NCBI GenBank assembly: GCA_000004695.1
Contig: CM000150.2
Coordinates: forward strand, 4,032,001 to 4,096,000
DNA from: Dictyostelium discoideum
Taxonomy: Eukaryota
Length of the DNA stretch: 64,000 bases
Reading direction: 5' to 3'
Shown here in pieces: positions 29,942-47,744 of this stretch. The notes under the pieces were generated by a model, which worked only from the letters and a program-made list of their open reading frames with translations, was not told the origin of the DNA and ran no database searches. The translations under genes were made by a program, and so were the position numbers. Within the stretch, counting starts at the first letter, position 1, and every line of letters begins with the position of its first letter.

Positions 29942-30477
29942 AAAAATAGTAATAAAAAAAAAAAAAATAAAAAAAAAAAAAACAGATCAATTTTTTATAT
30001 AATATTTTGTTATTATTATTATTATTATTTCTCTTACTATTATTATATTTAATTGATAATATTTTTAATCGATCAAATTGTTTTTTTAATAACCCATATT
30101 AGTCATTTTACAAGTATTCAAACTTCTTATGTTTAAAAGATTTTTGAGATTTATTTTTTTTTTTTTTTGTTTTTTTTTTTTTATTAATGAGAAGATAATT
30201 TAATAAAAATTTTTAAATACAAACACAAAAGTATTAAAATGTTTATTTTACCACTTTTAATTGAATTTTTTTTAAAAAAATATAATAAAAATATAAAAAA
30301 TTGTAAGTAAAAACTAATTTATTACAATTTTTTGACATTGAATACTAATTTAATATCAATATTATATTTCAATTTTTTCAACCCTTACTTTTTTATATTG
30401 TAATAATAAATTAATTTACTAAATATCCAATTTAAATATTTGTTATTGGTGGTTTAATTTTTATTTTTTTTTTTATT

Positions 30478-30510
<33 letters not shown>

Positions 30511-30541
30511 AATTAATTAATTGTTTAGAAAATTCAAATTT

Positions 30542-30583
<42 letters not shown>

Positions 30584-30614
30584 AAGATAAATTTAAAAAA
30601 TTAATAGATTTAAT

Positions 30615-30865
30615 TTAATTTTTATTAAATTTTTTTAATTTAGTGGCATGTAAAATTACTTTAATTGTTGTACTTTTCTTATAAAGTGTAACTAATACGA
30701 CAACAATAATTGATACAACTACTACTGGTACAACAATAGCCACTGGCAATATCCATTTCTTTGAGTTACTATCATCACATTGATTTTTGAAATCACTATC
30801 TACTAAAACTGAAAAATCTATTTATAAAATATATATACATATATTAAATTTAGTATTTGTATTTT

Positions 30866-30915
<50 letters not shown>

Positions 30916-33900
30916 TATATATAATAATCATACCAGGATCAACAACACATTCATTTATACAATGTGGTAAATTTAATGTAATAATAATTGAATTTGAATC
31001 AGTTTTTGAAGTTGTTGAAAAGAAAGTTGGTCTTGAATCAGAGATTACTTTATTAATAAATCTACCAGCTAAAATTTTATTATTTTTTGAAATTTTGATA
31101 TAACTAAAAGTGGATTGATCATTAATATTTGTTGTATCAATTTCAGTATTTTTTGTATTACAATCTTCATTTTTATTAATTTGATCAACTGCTGATATTA
31201 AATCCAATTGTAGTGTATTTAAAGTACTTTGATAAGTATAATTTGTAATTGAAATTGTGAATTTAATAGAACCAGAATCTACAATGAAACTTGTATTGGC
31301 AAAAGTAAATTGTTTACCTTTCTCATCTTTAATCTCCTCAATAATAGTTTTTACAATGCACCCATTTAAAGTACCATTAATGAATTGTTTAAATTCATAA
31401 ATATTTGATTCTTTACTTTCAGTATTATTAAATGACCAATTCTTTAATAATGGATACTCTTTCACAACATTATTATTAAAATCAATTTCTTTTAATGATT
31501 TAAAATAAATTTGAAATTTAGTTTGATTATCTAAAATATTTGTTGAGCCTGATCCTGTGTCAATTGTTGTGTTAACACCTGCATTGTTATTGTTATTATT
31601 ATTATTACCATTTCCATTGCCAACACCATTTGTATTAATTACAGCACTACAATCATATAAAGTAAAACCTGAAAAACATTTACAAATTCCCGTTGTGGTA
31701 TTACAATTACCATTATTTGAGCATTTATTTGGACATTCAATTGTTGGATTTATATATTTAAAAATGTTATTACCAACATAGGTATAATCATTTTGAGTTA
31801 TTGTTACATTTTTAATACCACTACCTTTTGGTGCATTACATTTAATTACAGAACTTGAATTAAATATAATTGGTAAACATGGTTGATCACCGATTTTAAC
31901 TGATAAATCAGTATGTTTTGTACCAAAAAATCCATATAAACTAATTTCACCACCATTTATAGTTGTAGAATCAGAAGATGAGATATAATGGTAGGCTGAT
32001 GAACAATCATTACCAAACCATTTACCAATTTCACAAGAACAAATACCATTACTACTATCACATATACCTTGATTAGAATTTGTACAATTATTTAAACATT
32101 GATAATAAGGTACTTCACAAACTCCTGTTGACAAATTACAAATTCCAATTGTATCATTACAATTATTTGGACATTGAATATTATTTAAAAAACCAGGTTG
32201 AATTTTTATATAATAATTACTTGTTAAATTACCAACTGTGATTTGGAGTACATTTAAATCAATTGCAAAATCATTGGTGTTTGAAAATGTGCAATTTACA
32301 TGGGCAAAACTTGTTGAATCAAAATCACATGGTACCCCATTAACTTTAATAGATTGATATGAGTAACCCATATAACTTGATAAGAACTCACCATTAATTG
32401 ATAAAGTTGTTGGTGTTTGAAATATTGTTGATAATACTATTGGGAAAGTATAGTTATCTCGTGTTGGGAATGTTATAACTTGACTAATTGGTTGTGAAAA
32501 TTCAATATCAATTCGATCACTATTAGCATACATATTAGGTGTTACAGTATAAATTAAATATTTTTTACCATAAACTATTGTCAGTTGGCCTGAGCTTGCC
32601 TCGATTTTCCAATTGCTTGGTTCATAACCAATATCATTTCCATAGATTAAAATACCTCTTGTATCACTATAAACATCAACTCTTGGTGCAAATGTTGTAC
32701 ATTTTAGATTTCTATTTAAATTTTTAAAATTATTACCAAGGAATCTATCATACATTGATGGGAATCCTGCAAATGATCCACTTGCTGGTGCATTAAAATA
32801 ACATGAAAAACAACTTGGTATTTCACCTTCCATTTGATTATTTGTTAAAGAAATTTGTGTACCACACCAACTTGGATCAATTGTTGATGTAATATTATTA
32901 TTTGAGAAATCAACTAAATAATTTGTTGAATTATATACACCTAATGGACCAGGGCCAATTGAATTATAAATGAAGAGGTTTTCCTTACCAAATTGACTAA
33001 ATGGTTGAACTGATGATATATTACAATTGTAAAATTTAACTTCAACATTTGATGGATAAATAAATGGAAATCTACCATCAATATTCAATGAATGTGCTCC
33101 AAATATTGATAATGTATGTTGACTTTTAATTGATCTTAAATCAATAACACTTGTTGGTCTTTCAACATCACCTTTTACTGTTATATATGAATATTTGGGT
33201 GAAGTTTGTGATACAACTGATAATGGTATTACAATTCCATTTTCAGATGATATAAAAAGTTGAAAACTTGTGATTGTATTTATTAAATCAAAATTACCTA
33301 AAAAACATGAAGATATTGTTAAATTTAATTCGACCAATTTTGGTAAATTTGTAAAATCTATAAAATTACAAATTTCTAATTCTAATACAGCCAATGAATT
33401 TAATGGTCCTATTAAATCATTTTCCAATTTAACAGATGATCCTGATATTTTAAATGCTGTCAATCCTTGTAAAGATGATAATTTTAAATCTGGTCCTAAA
33501 TCTGTTTCAATAATCTCTCTATTTTCAAAAAAAATAAAAATAAAAATAATAATAAAAAATTATAAATTAAATTAGAAAACCATTATAATAATTAAAATAA
33601 TAGTAAGTAATCTTACATTGATTGATATTGCGGCATGGGTGTTAATAAAACTGATTCATCTATAAGGAGATTCATTATAATTTTTCTATAAATAATTGAA
33701 ATACAAGATAGTTTAGCTTGAAAAAAGGTTTTTGTAATTTCAAACCCAGTTAAATCTCTATTTAATAAAAAAAATTAAAAATTAAAATTCTAATCATATT
33801 TTGTATAAGTAATATTAATTCATACAATGTTACGAAATTACCAAGGCATGTGAATTGTGTTGGGTCTAAAATACCTTGTGTTTTATTACTTGCAATTAAG

Positions 33901-33929
33901 GTCACACTATAAAAATAAAAAATAAGATA

Positions 33930-33977
<48 letters not shown>

Positions 33978-34227
33978 ATCTTGTCAAAAGTAAAATGCAA
34001 TACCAACGTTCCATTAAGATAACCATTATCATCACAATCAATTAAAGGAACAACATTGCAAAAATTATAAAAACCTGAAGCATCCTTTGAAAAGGTATCA
34101 ATTTCATATTGGGTAACAATGCCTTTAAGACATTCATAAACAGGACTTTTTAAAAGCACTGATAAGTTTGATGGAATTGATATAATAATAAAAAATATTG
34201 AAACTAAAAGAACTATTGATTTATTCA
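30615..34227 (-). CDS. Paralogue of the 2417..6553 gene: a signal peptide/LRR-like/IPT-TIG/EGF-like type-I membrane protein. It has several exons, a main exon at about 30918..33463 and a TM exon at about 30615..30812.
   Basis: The signal-peptide exon begins at ATG 34227 ('MNKSIVLLVSIFFIIISIPSNLSV'). The main ORF has EGF-like modules ('CNLSTGVCEVPYYQCLNNCTNSNQGICDSSNGICSC', 'CSNNGNCNTTTGICKCFSGFTLYDCS') and IPT-like segments. It shares the conserved juxtamembrane block with gene A ('SIKFTISITNYTYQSTLNTLQLD', 'ILAGRFINKVISDSRPTFFST...LNLPHCINECVVDPG'). The last exon encodes 'KWILPVAIVVPVVVVSIIVVVLVTLYKK...'. Exon boundaries between 33.46 and 34.0 kb are not resolved. Confidence 0.6.
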
Positions 34228-34646
34228 TTTTTTTCTTTTTTTTTTTTTTTTTAATTAAAAAAAAAAAATCAAAAATGAAATAGATAAATTTCAAATATAA
34301 ATAGAATTTATTTTAAAAAAAAAAAATATGAACAAAATAAAAATAAAAATAAAGGGTAAAAAAAAAATAAAATAAAATAAAATAGCAAACAAAAAATAAA
34401 AAAAAACCATTATTTTTTTATTTTTATTTTTTTGATCATAAAAATATCTTTTTCTTTTCAAAAATATCTAAATATTTTTTTTTTTTTTTTTTTAATAATT
34501 TCTCTTTAACTAAAAAATTTTTCAAAATGGTTTATAAATTAAAAAATAAAATAAAATAAAATAAAAATAAGAATTTAAAAAAAAAAAATAAAAAAAAAAA
34601 TTATTTGACACAAAAGATCTTTTTATTAACTCTTTTAATTTATTTA

Positions 34647-34696
<50 letters not shown>

Positions 34697-34935
34697 TTTT
34701 ATTTCCACATTTTTCTGACCAGACAAATCACCCAATTTTTAAGGTAGGCCCTTATAACCAAAACACGTAAATTAATTTTTATTTTTTTTTTTATTTTTTT
34801 TATTTTTTATTTTTAATTTTATTTTTTTTTTTTTTGAATTAAATTTTTTTGTTTTGTTTTGTTTTTTTTTTTTTTTTTTTTTTTTTTTTTCTCAATTAAA
34901 ATTTTTATAACAATTTAAAAAAAAAAAAGAAAAAG

Positions 34936-35804
34936 ATGGGTGTACCAGAAGAGTATCAACAAATTCCAATAAACCAACCACAACAACAACCACAACAACA
35001 ACCACAACAACCACAACAACAACAACAACAACAATATCATCCACAACAACCACCACAGCAACCATCATCATCACCAGTACAACAACTATTAAATCAAAAT
35101 TATGATGTAAATTCATATACACCATCAATTGTAAAAACCCAACAATATAAATTAGCCTATGAAAAAGGTCATTTCAATTTTATGAATGGTTTTTCAAAAA
35201 TATACCCAAACGAATTAAATAATATATTAACACCAAATGAATATAATGATCTTGTAATTGAACTTAATGATATATGCCAACAAGATCCAAGAAAATTAAT
35301 TTTAGCAATTGTTATAGGTGTTATCTTAATTATTGTTGTACCATTTTCAATCGTTTTATCACTTATTTTAATTCCACTTGCTATACTTTTATTTTATAAA
35401 AGAGTAATTATTATTATTAAAAAAAAAAAAAAAAAAAAGAAAAAATATACACACCCATAAAAATAAAAATGATTCTAACTTTATTTATTTAATTTTATAA
35501 TTAGATGGATGCCAAAATGCAAAAAGTTATAGAAAAATATAATTGTAGTTTAATTACACGTGGTATCTATATTAACATTGCTAAAAGAATTGAAAGAAGA
35601 GATGTTTTAATTAATTATCCAATTGAATTAGCTTATTCTTTACAACCACAACAACAACCACAAGTTCCATTATATGTTCCACAACCATATCCACAACAAC
35701 AACCACAACAACAACAACAACAACCACAAATGATGGTTTTTAGTCAACAACCAATGAATAATGCTGTTGTTGGTGATAATATTACCCTTTTAGATAAATA
35801 TTAA
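34936..35804 (+). CDS. Gln/Pro-rich membrane protein of unknown function. Exon model is join(34936..35403,35505..35804).
   Basis: The N-terminus is (PQQQ)n-rich. There is a conserved-looking block 'YKLAYEKGHFNFMNGFSKIYPNELNNILTPNEYNDLVIELNDICQ'. The TM segment is 'LILAIVIGVILIIVVPFSIVLSLILIPLAILLF'. A GTAATT donor follows 'YKR', and an acceptor 'aattag' lies before ATGGATGCC (phase 0). The second exon is Q/P-rich again. Confidence 0.5.
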
Positions 35805-35906
35805 TTTAATTTATATTAATTTTAATATTAATAATTTTGGTATTAATATTAGTTAATTATGTATATGTAATAAAAAAAAAAAAAAAAATTTAAAAAAAAT
35901 TATTTA

Positions 35907-35912
35907 CCTTTA

Positions 35913-35998
<86 letters not shown>

Positions 35999-35999
35999 T
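35907..35999 (+). repeat. (ATT)n microsatellite, intergenic
   Basis: Seen directly in the sequence. Confidence 0.9.
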
Positions 36000-36159
36000 C
36001 AATTAATTTTTTGGATTTTTAACTTTATAAAATATATTAAATTAGATTAATATAAATTAAAATTATTTATTTTCATTTTTTTTTTTTTTTTTTTTTTTCC
36101 AAATTTTTTTTTTTTAATTTTTTTTTTTTTATATTTTATTTTTCAATTATTACAAAACA

Positions 36160-36462
36160 ATGGCAACAACACAACAACCTGAAGCTACAGAACATCAACA
36201 TTTTGGAGTAGTTGAAATTAAAGATTTAGAAAATCATAAATTTATAAAACCAGTAAAAGTTGTAACAAATGAAGATGATATTAAAAAGTTTTTACGTTCA
36301 GGTGCATGTAGAGATTTATTAGAATATATTCAAACATTAAGTGATAAAATTAAATCAAAACCAAATTCAACTAAAACTCAAAATTCAAATGTAATTATTA
36401 AATTATTATTTTTTAAAATTTTATTTAATTAAATATTTTATAATTTTATTAAAATAATAATA

Positions 36463-36498
<36 letters not shown>

Positions 36499-37244
36499 AA
36501 ATTAAAAATATAGTATCAATGTTAAATGAAATTAGTGTATATATTGATAATATACCACCATTAGCACAACCAATGAGATATGGTAATAAAGCATATCGTA
36601 CATTTTATCAAAAATTATTAGACAATGTTGAAGAATTACATAAACATTTATTACCACAATCAATGCATTCATCAATTATTGAATTATCATCATATTTAAT
36701 GGACGCAATGGGAAATCAAACTCGTTTAGATTATGGCACAGGCCATGAACTACATTTTGTTGTTTGGACTTACTGTTTGAGAAGAATTGGTTTTTTAAAA
36801 TCAACAGATGAGGAAGACATCGTATTGAATGTGTTCACTACATATTTGGATTTAGTTAGAAAGTTACAAAGAGTTTATGGATTGGAACCAGCTGGCACTC
36901 ATGGTGTTTGGAGTTTAGATGATTATCAATTCATTCCTTTCATTTGGGGTGCTTCGCAATTAATTGGGAATCCATTCGATATTAAACCTGCAAGTGTTAC
37001 AATTGAAAAAGTGGTCGATCAATATTATAAAGAATATCTTTACATTGCTTGTATTAAATATATTAACACCGTTAAAAAAGGTCCATTTCACGAACATTCT
37101 CGTGACCTTTTCAATATAAGTGGTGCTGCATCTTGGCAAAAAATTAATACCGGTATGATGAAAAAGTTCTATGACGATGTTTTATCAAAGGTACCAATCA
37201 TTCAACATTTTTTATTTGGTTCTTTAATTTCTTTTTCTGTTTAA
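36160..37244 (+). CDS. Serine/threonine-protein phosphatase 2A activator (PTPA / phosphotyrosyl phosphatase activator). Exon model is join(36160..36390,36498..37244).
   Basis: The PTPA signature is 'RLDYGTGHELHFVVWTYCL...LEPAGTHGVWSLDDYQFIPFIWGASQL' and 'PPLAQPMRYGNKAYRTFYQKL'. There is a GTAATT donor after '..KTQNSN' and an acceptor (a)nAG at 36497. It is phase 0. Confidence 0.8.
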
Positions 37245-37506
37245 AAAAAAAAAAAACAATAAAAAAAAAAAAACAACAAAAAAAAAAAAACAATAAAAAA
37301 AAAAAACAATAAAAAATAACCCAAACTCTTTTTTTTTTTTGAAAAAAACTTTTTTTTTTTTTTATTATTAACAAATCTCAAATCCAATTTAGATCTAACT
37401 AGCGAGTTTTCATGAAAAAATAAAAAAAATTAAAAAAAAAGTAAAAAAAAAAAGTAAAAAAAAAATGATTAAAAAAAAAAAAAATATTAAAAAACAAAAA
37501 AAAAAA

Positions 37507-37537
<31 letters not shown>

Positions 37538-39064
37538 TATAATAATATTTTTAAAAAAAAATTATAAAAAAAAAAAATAAAAAAAAAACCACAGGTTCTA
37601 TTTATTGTAATTTACTTGAATTCACACTTAAAGGTCTTTGCAGAACTTTTTTTTTTTTTAATAGTGGCGGGTCTTTGATTTTTTTTTTATTTTATTTATT
37701 TTTTTTTGATTTTTTTTTTATTTTATTTATTTTTTTTTGATTTTTTTTTTTTTTTTTTTTTTTAATTTTTTTTAATTTTTTTTTTTTTTTTTTTTTTTTT
37801 TTGATTTTTTAAAATTCTCAACACGAACAGTGTTTGATTTTAACTACACACTAAAGCAGTTTCATATTTTATTAATAAAATAATAAATAAAAAAGTCAAT
37901 TTATTTTCTTTAGTCAAACTAAGATTGTAATGTAAGATAACACTTTTTTTAAAAATTTATTTATTTTTATTTTTATTTTTTTTCTTTTTTTGGTTTGTCT
38001 GTTTTCCAAAAAAAAATTTATACGAAAATCACACACATTTGGGTGTTTTTTTTTTTTTTTTTTATTATTTTATTTTATTTTTTTAATTTAATTTATTTAA
38101 TTTATTTTCACTTTGTTATTTTCATATTTTTATTTGTATAAAATTATGTCCAAATAACGATATCATAATAAACAATCCAAACAGATCGCAACATATGTTG
38201 GCGGTCAAATAATAATATGAAGTGCCGCATTACAAAAAAAAAAAAAAAAATTAAAAAAAAAAAAAAAATTAAAAAAAATAATAAAAAAAAAAAAAATAAA
38301 TAAATAAATAATAATAATAGTAAATTGTAAATAGATATAAATATTTTGGTTTTATTAATCATAGATATTGATATCTCTATATAAATATTTTTAAAACTTT
38401 TTTTTTTTTTTTTTTTTTTTTATATTATTTATTTTTATCTTATTATTTTCTATTTATTTCATTTTTTTTTTTTTTTAATTCTATTTTTATTTTTTTTATT
38501 TTTATTTTTATTTATGTTTTTTCTTCTTTTATTATTGTTGGTAGTTGTTGTTGTAATAATCTTTGTGAAAGTGGGTGGTAAATTATTTAAAATTTTTTTT
38601 TATAATTATCCGTTTGTACTTTTTGGAATTGATTTATAATTAAATACAAGTTATCAAGAGTGGGGGTTATTAAAATTTTTACTTCTACCAATTTATTACA
38701 ATTAAAAAAATACCATATTTGCTTGGATTATTAATTTCAAGCAATGGATTGGTGGTCACATTAATAATAATTTTAATAAAAAAAAAAAATAATAAATAAA
38801 TAAAAAAAAAAAAAGTTATCCAGCAAAATTAACCGCTCATACATTACAACTTTACCAATACATAACTTTGTAAAAAAAAAAAAAAAAAAAATAGAAATAA
38901 AATTATAATAATAATAATAAAAATAAAAGAGGATGAGCACTTTTGCATAATTTTCTTATAACCATCAAACAAAAAAAAAAAAAAAAAAAATAAATAAATA
39001 AATAAAAAAAAAAAAAAAAAAAAAAATAAATAAAATATAATAATGGAAATACCAAATACTGATG

Positions 39065-39099
<35 letters not shown>

Positions 39100-40557
39100 T
39101 ATATATACTATACCATGAAGCTCATATAAATGTCAAAAATGGCACATCATAAATCTAAAAATAAATTTCACCACCATATAGACATTGTGTAGATTTAAAC
39201 CCTATTTTCAGATGTTGTTATAAATAACAATTCAAATAAAGACACACACACACATTTTCACACAAATAGATACAAGTGGCAAAAATGTGGAGTAGTCCAA
39301 CAAAAATACTAAAATGTAATACAAAGATATTTTAGTGTGCTTGTGTGTGTGTTTTTTATTGAAACTTGTATTAAGAATTTGCCAATATTTCAATTTTTTT
39401 TATTTATTCAATTTTTTATTTATTTATTTACTTTTTTTTTTATTTTTTATTTTTTATTTTTTTTATTTATTTATTTATCTCCAATTTTTTTTTTTTTTTT
39501 TTTTAATAATTGATTCATATTATTGCCATTTAATTTCATTTAAAACTTTATTCTAGACCACCCACACACTTTTGCTTCCACCTGTTTCGTACTTTTTTAT
39601 TTATTTTTTATTTTTATTTTTTTCCCACACCCAAATAATATAACAATAATAAAATTGATCTAAGCGAAGTAGTATTTGCTTTCGTTTTTCTAAATTGGAT
39701 CTACATTTACTCTATTATATATTATAATTTAATTTTAATTCGGATTTCCAATTTTTTATTTTATTTAATTTATTTTATTCTCCTACCTATTTTTAATTAT
39801 TATTTTTATTTTTTTATTTTTTTTTATTTTTATTTTTTTATTTAAATTCTTTTAAAAATCACATATCAAATTATTATAATTATTTTATAAAAATATCCAA
39901 TAATAAATTTAATTAAGATCATCATATAGTTTTTATTTATTTGTTCTTTCATCTTGGAAAAGTTCATATTATTTTTTTATTTTTTTTTGTTCTTTCATCT
40001 CCTCAAAAAAATTTTTTTTTTTTTGTTCTTTCATCTCCTCAAAAAAATTTTTTTTTTTCATTTGGTTTCTTTGTCTAAAAAAAAAAAAAAAATAATCTTT
40101 TAAGGGTTTAAAAAATATATATATTTAAATTAGATCCTTCGATATTTTGTTCTATTTCTTATTTTGACCGTTTTTTTTATTTAAAATTTTTATTTTTTAA
40201 AATATTTTTTAAAGATTTTAATTTTATATTTTCCCATATTCATAAAAAAATCTTCAGTTTCCCTGCTAAAAACATACCAATTTTATTTATTTTTTTTCAT
40301 TTTTTTTATTTTTTTTTATTTTTTTTATTTTTATTTTATTATTTTATTATTTTATTTTTTTTTTTTTGGTGGGAGAGAGTATGTGTGGGGTAATCAAAAC
40401 TTTGAAAAACACAAAACATTTCTTTATCGTTAAACATTTCACCTCGTCTCAATTTTTTTATTTTTTTTTAAATTAATTTTTATTTTTTTTAAATTAAATT
40501 TATATTTTTTTAATTTAAAATTATTTCTAACCTTTTTTAACACAAACATTTTTTTTT

Positions 40558-40591
<34 letters not shown>

Positions 40592-40696
40592 TATTTAATA
40601 TCACACAATTTATTTTACATATTTATTTTTATTTTTTTTTTTAAAAAAAAAAAAAAAATAAAAATAAAAATAAACTTTTGGTGTATTCCCATTAAA

Positions 40697-40729
<33 letters not shown>

Positions 40730-40746
40730 TAATAATAATAAAAAAA

Positions 40747-41187
40747 ATGCTATTCGCTCCACCAAATTTAGAAACTAAAGAGTTATTTTGGATTATATAT
40801 ATTTTAATCCTTATACCAAAAGTATTCGCTAAAGTAATGTCTGTAAGAGAATTATTTCCTTTTTTTAAATGGGTAAGTTTAATAATAATAATAATAATAA
40901 TGATAACAATCAAAAAAAAACAAATAATTAATAAATCGATTAATTAATCTTGACTTTACATATTTTTTTTTTTTTTTTTTAGGGATTTAATATAAGAAGA
41001 TCAAATTTTTTAGTACCAATTCTCAGTAATAACGTTATTGTTACTGGAGAAGAGGCAGTACAATATGAAAAACCTTTACCTTATATACCTCAACATAATC
41101 AACAACAGCAACAAAAACAACAACCATCACAAGATTATATACAGCAACCACAAAACGATAATAATATAAATAGTGGAAAAGAACAAG

Positions 41188-41222
<35 letters not shown>

Positions 41223-42515
41223 ACACCAGATATTACAAATCAACCAACAAAAACTAATAAAAAAATACCAATTAAAGAATTAAGTAATGAAGAAATTTTA
41301 ATTAAATTAGAAAAAGGTGAAGTATTGGCATATAGATTAGAAAATGAATTAGGTGATTGTTCACGTGCAGTAGAGATTAGAAGAATGTTGTTAGAGAAAC
41401 AATTATCGAAAAAGATTGAACCAATTCCACATGAAGGTTTTGATTTTGCAAAGGTTCAAGGACAATGTTGTGAGAATGTTATCGGTTACGTACCAATACC
41501 TGTTGGTACCGCTGGCCCAATTCAATTGAATGGACAATTGGTTACAATTCCAATGGCAACAACTGAAGGATGTTTAGTTGCCTCAACTCATCGTGGTTGT
41601 AAAGCAATCACTGAGAGTGGTGGTGCAAAATGTACAATCACATCACGTGGTATGACTCGTGCACCTGTCGTTAGATTTAGTGATATCGTTAAAGCATCAG
41701 AATTTGTATCTTGGATCAATGATACTGATAACTATCAAGCTTTAAAGGCTGTTTTCGATTCAACTTCACGTTTTGCACGTCTTTCCGCTATTAAATGCAC
41801 AATTGCTGGTCGTTCAGTATATATTCGTTTCAAATGTGACACTGGTGATGCCATGGGTATGAATATGGTTTCCAAGGGTGTTGAGGCCGTATTGGAACAT
41901 TTAAAGATCATTTTCGATGATATGACACTCTTAAGTATTAGTGGTAACATGTGCACCGATAAGAAACCTTCCTCAATCAATTGGACCGAAGGTCGTGGTA
42001 GAAGCGTAGTTTGTGAGGCCATGATCACTGGTGATGTCGTTCAAAGAGTTTTAAAAACAAACGTTCAAGCATTGGTAGATTTAAATATCGCCAAAAATTT
42101 AATTGGTTCAGCTATGGCTGGTTCAATTGGTGGTTTCAATGCTCACGCTTCAAATATCGTCACTGCTATCTTTTTAGCAACTGGTCAAGATTGTGCTCAA
42201 AATGTTGAATCTTCAAATTGTATCACCCAAATGGAGGCTTGTAACGATGGTCAAGATCTTTATATCACTGTCACTATGCCTTCAATTGAAGTTGGTACAG
42301 TTGGTGGTGGTACTTCATTACCTGCCCAATCTGCTTGTTTAGATATCATTGGTGTTAAAGGTTCTTCATCAAGTAAACCGGGTGCAAATGCTGATCAATT
42401 AGCTAAAACTATTGCTTCTGCCGTTATGGCTGGTGAATTAAGTTTAATGTCTGCATTATCTGCTGGTCATTTAATGAAATCTCATCTTCAATATAATAGA
42501 GCAAAAACAAATTAA
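40747..42515 (+). CDS. hmgA: 3-hydroxy-3-methylglutaryl-CoA reductase, membrane-anchored. Exon model is join(40747..40872,40983..42515).
   Basis: The catalytic-domain motifs are '[22 protein letters not shown]', '[16 protein letters not shown]', '[11 protein letters not shown]' and 'GTVGGGT'. Exon 1 ([42 protein letters not shown]) encodes a single TM. A GTAAGT donor is at 40873 and a (t)18ag acceptor at 40982. Exon 2 is in frame (342 nt to the listed ORF start). The length of about 553 aa favours the hmgA-type isozyme. Confidence 0.85.
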
Positions 42516-42912
42516 TAATTTAAATAATAATAATAATAATAATAACAATAATACAGTTTCCTCTTCTTCTTCTTTCATCTTCTTCAAGAATCTCGACGAA
42601 TTGTTAATGTTAAACTTTAACATTACAAAAAAAAAATCAAAAAAAAAATCAACCATAATTATAATATATACTCATTGATTATGTACACTATATAATATAT
42701 ATGGCGTGTATAATATGTGTATATAATGATAAAAAAAAAGAAAACAAAACAAAAAAAAAAAACGATTAAAATTTTTTTTTTTTAAAAATCTTCTTTTTAC
42801 AAAAATGTTTAAAGAAAAAAAAAAATTACTTGATAATACCATCTTTTGTATAAATAAAATTACTTTTTTTTTTTTAATTAAATTATATCGTTTTCTTTTA
42901 TTTCTTTTTAAT

Positions 42913-43410
42913 TTAATTTTGTACTAATGCTTGTGAAGCACTTCTAAAAGAATAAATCTTTTTAATTTTTGATTTAAATTTATCACATTCTTCATCAGAT
43001 AATTGTGATAATTGTTCTGAAGTTGTTATACCAAATCCATTAAGCTCTTTAATGGTCTTTGGACCAATTCCTTTAATATTGACTAAATCTATATAAATTT
43101 TATTGTTTTTATTATTGTTTGTAACAGGTGTTGTGATTGGAGTATCAATATTTGTGGTGGTAGTGGGAGTGGTTTCAATTGGTTCTGACAATGATGGGGT
43201 TGTATGGTTGTTATTATTTTTTAATAATGATTCATTTAATATTATATTAGTTGGTTTGGTGGTTGGTTGTTCTTTTTGTTCTTGTTGAATTCTTATTCTT
43301 TTTGCAAATTCTTCTCTAGTTCTCTTTTGAATTTGTGCCCATGGTTTTGCAATGATACCTTTAACATGAGTGAAACCTACTTTACATAAATCAAAAATAC
43401 CCATTTTCAA
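42913..43410 (-). CDS. Small helix-hairpin-helix (HhH) motif protein of unknown function
   Basis: The ORF reads 'MKMGIFDL...'. It has a Thr/Pro-rich linker and a C-terminal HhH 'LVNIKGIGPKTIKELNGFGITTSEQLSQL'. No family assignment is possible. Confidence 0.45.
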   Translation of the reverse strand: MKMGIFDLCKVGFTHVKGIIAKPWAQIQKRTREEFAKRIRIQQEQKEQPTTKPTNIILNESLLKNNNNHTTPSLSEPIETTPTTTTNIDTPITTPVTNNNKNNKIYIDLVNIKGIGPKTIKELNGFGITTSEQLSQLSDEECDKFKSKIKKIYSFRSASQALVQN

Positions 43411-43570
43411 TTAATTTATCTTTTTTTTGTTGGAATTGCGAAATGAAAAAAAAAATAAAAAAAAAAATACGAAAAAACTTCACCTTTTTTTTTTAATTTC
43501 GCAATTCCAACAAAAATAAGAAAAAAAAAAAAAAAAAGTGTTTAGAAAAAAAAAAAAAAAAAATAGAAAA

Positions 43571-47519
<3,949 letters not shown>

Positions 47520-47579
47520 CTTTGATAATAATAAATATAAATTTGATGTGTGTTTTTTTTTTTGGAATTGAAAATGAAA

Positions 47580-47613
<34 letters not shown>

Positions 47614-47614
47614 A

Positions 47615-47651
<37 letters not shown>

Positions 47652-47744
47652 ATAATTAATTAATTAATCACAAAGAATTTAAAATATAAATGTTTTATTT
47701 TTAATAATTTAATGAACAATAATTTTTTTTTTACCAAATTAATT

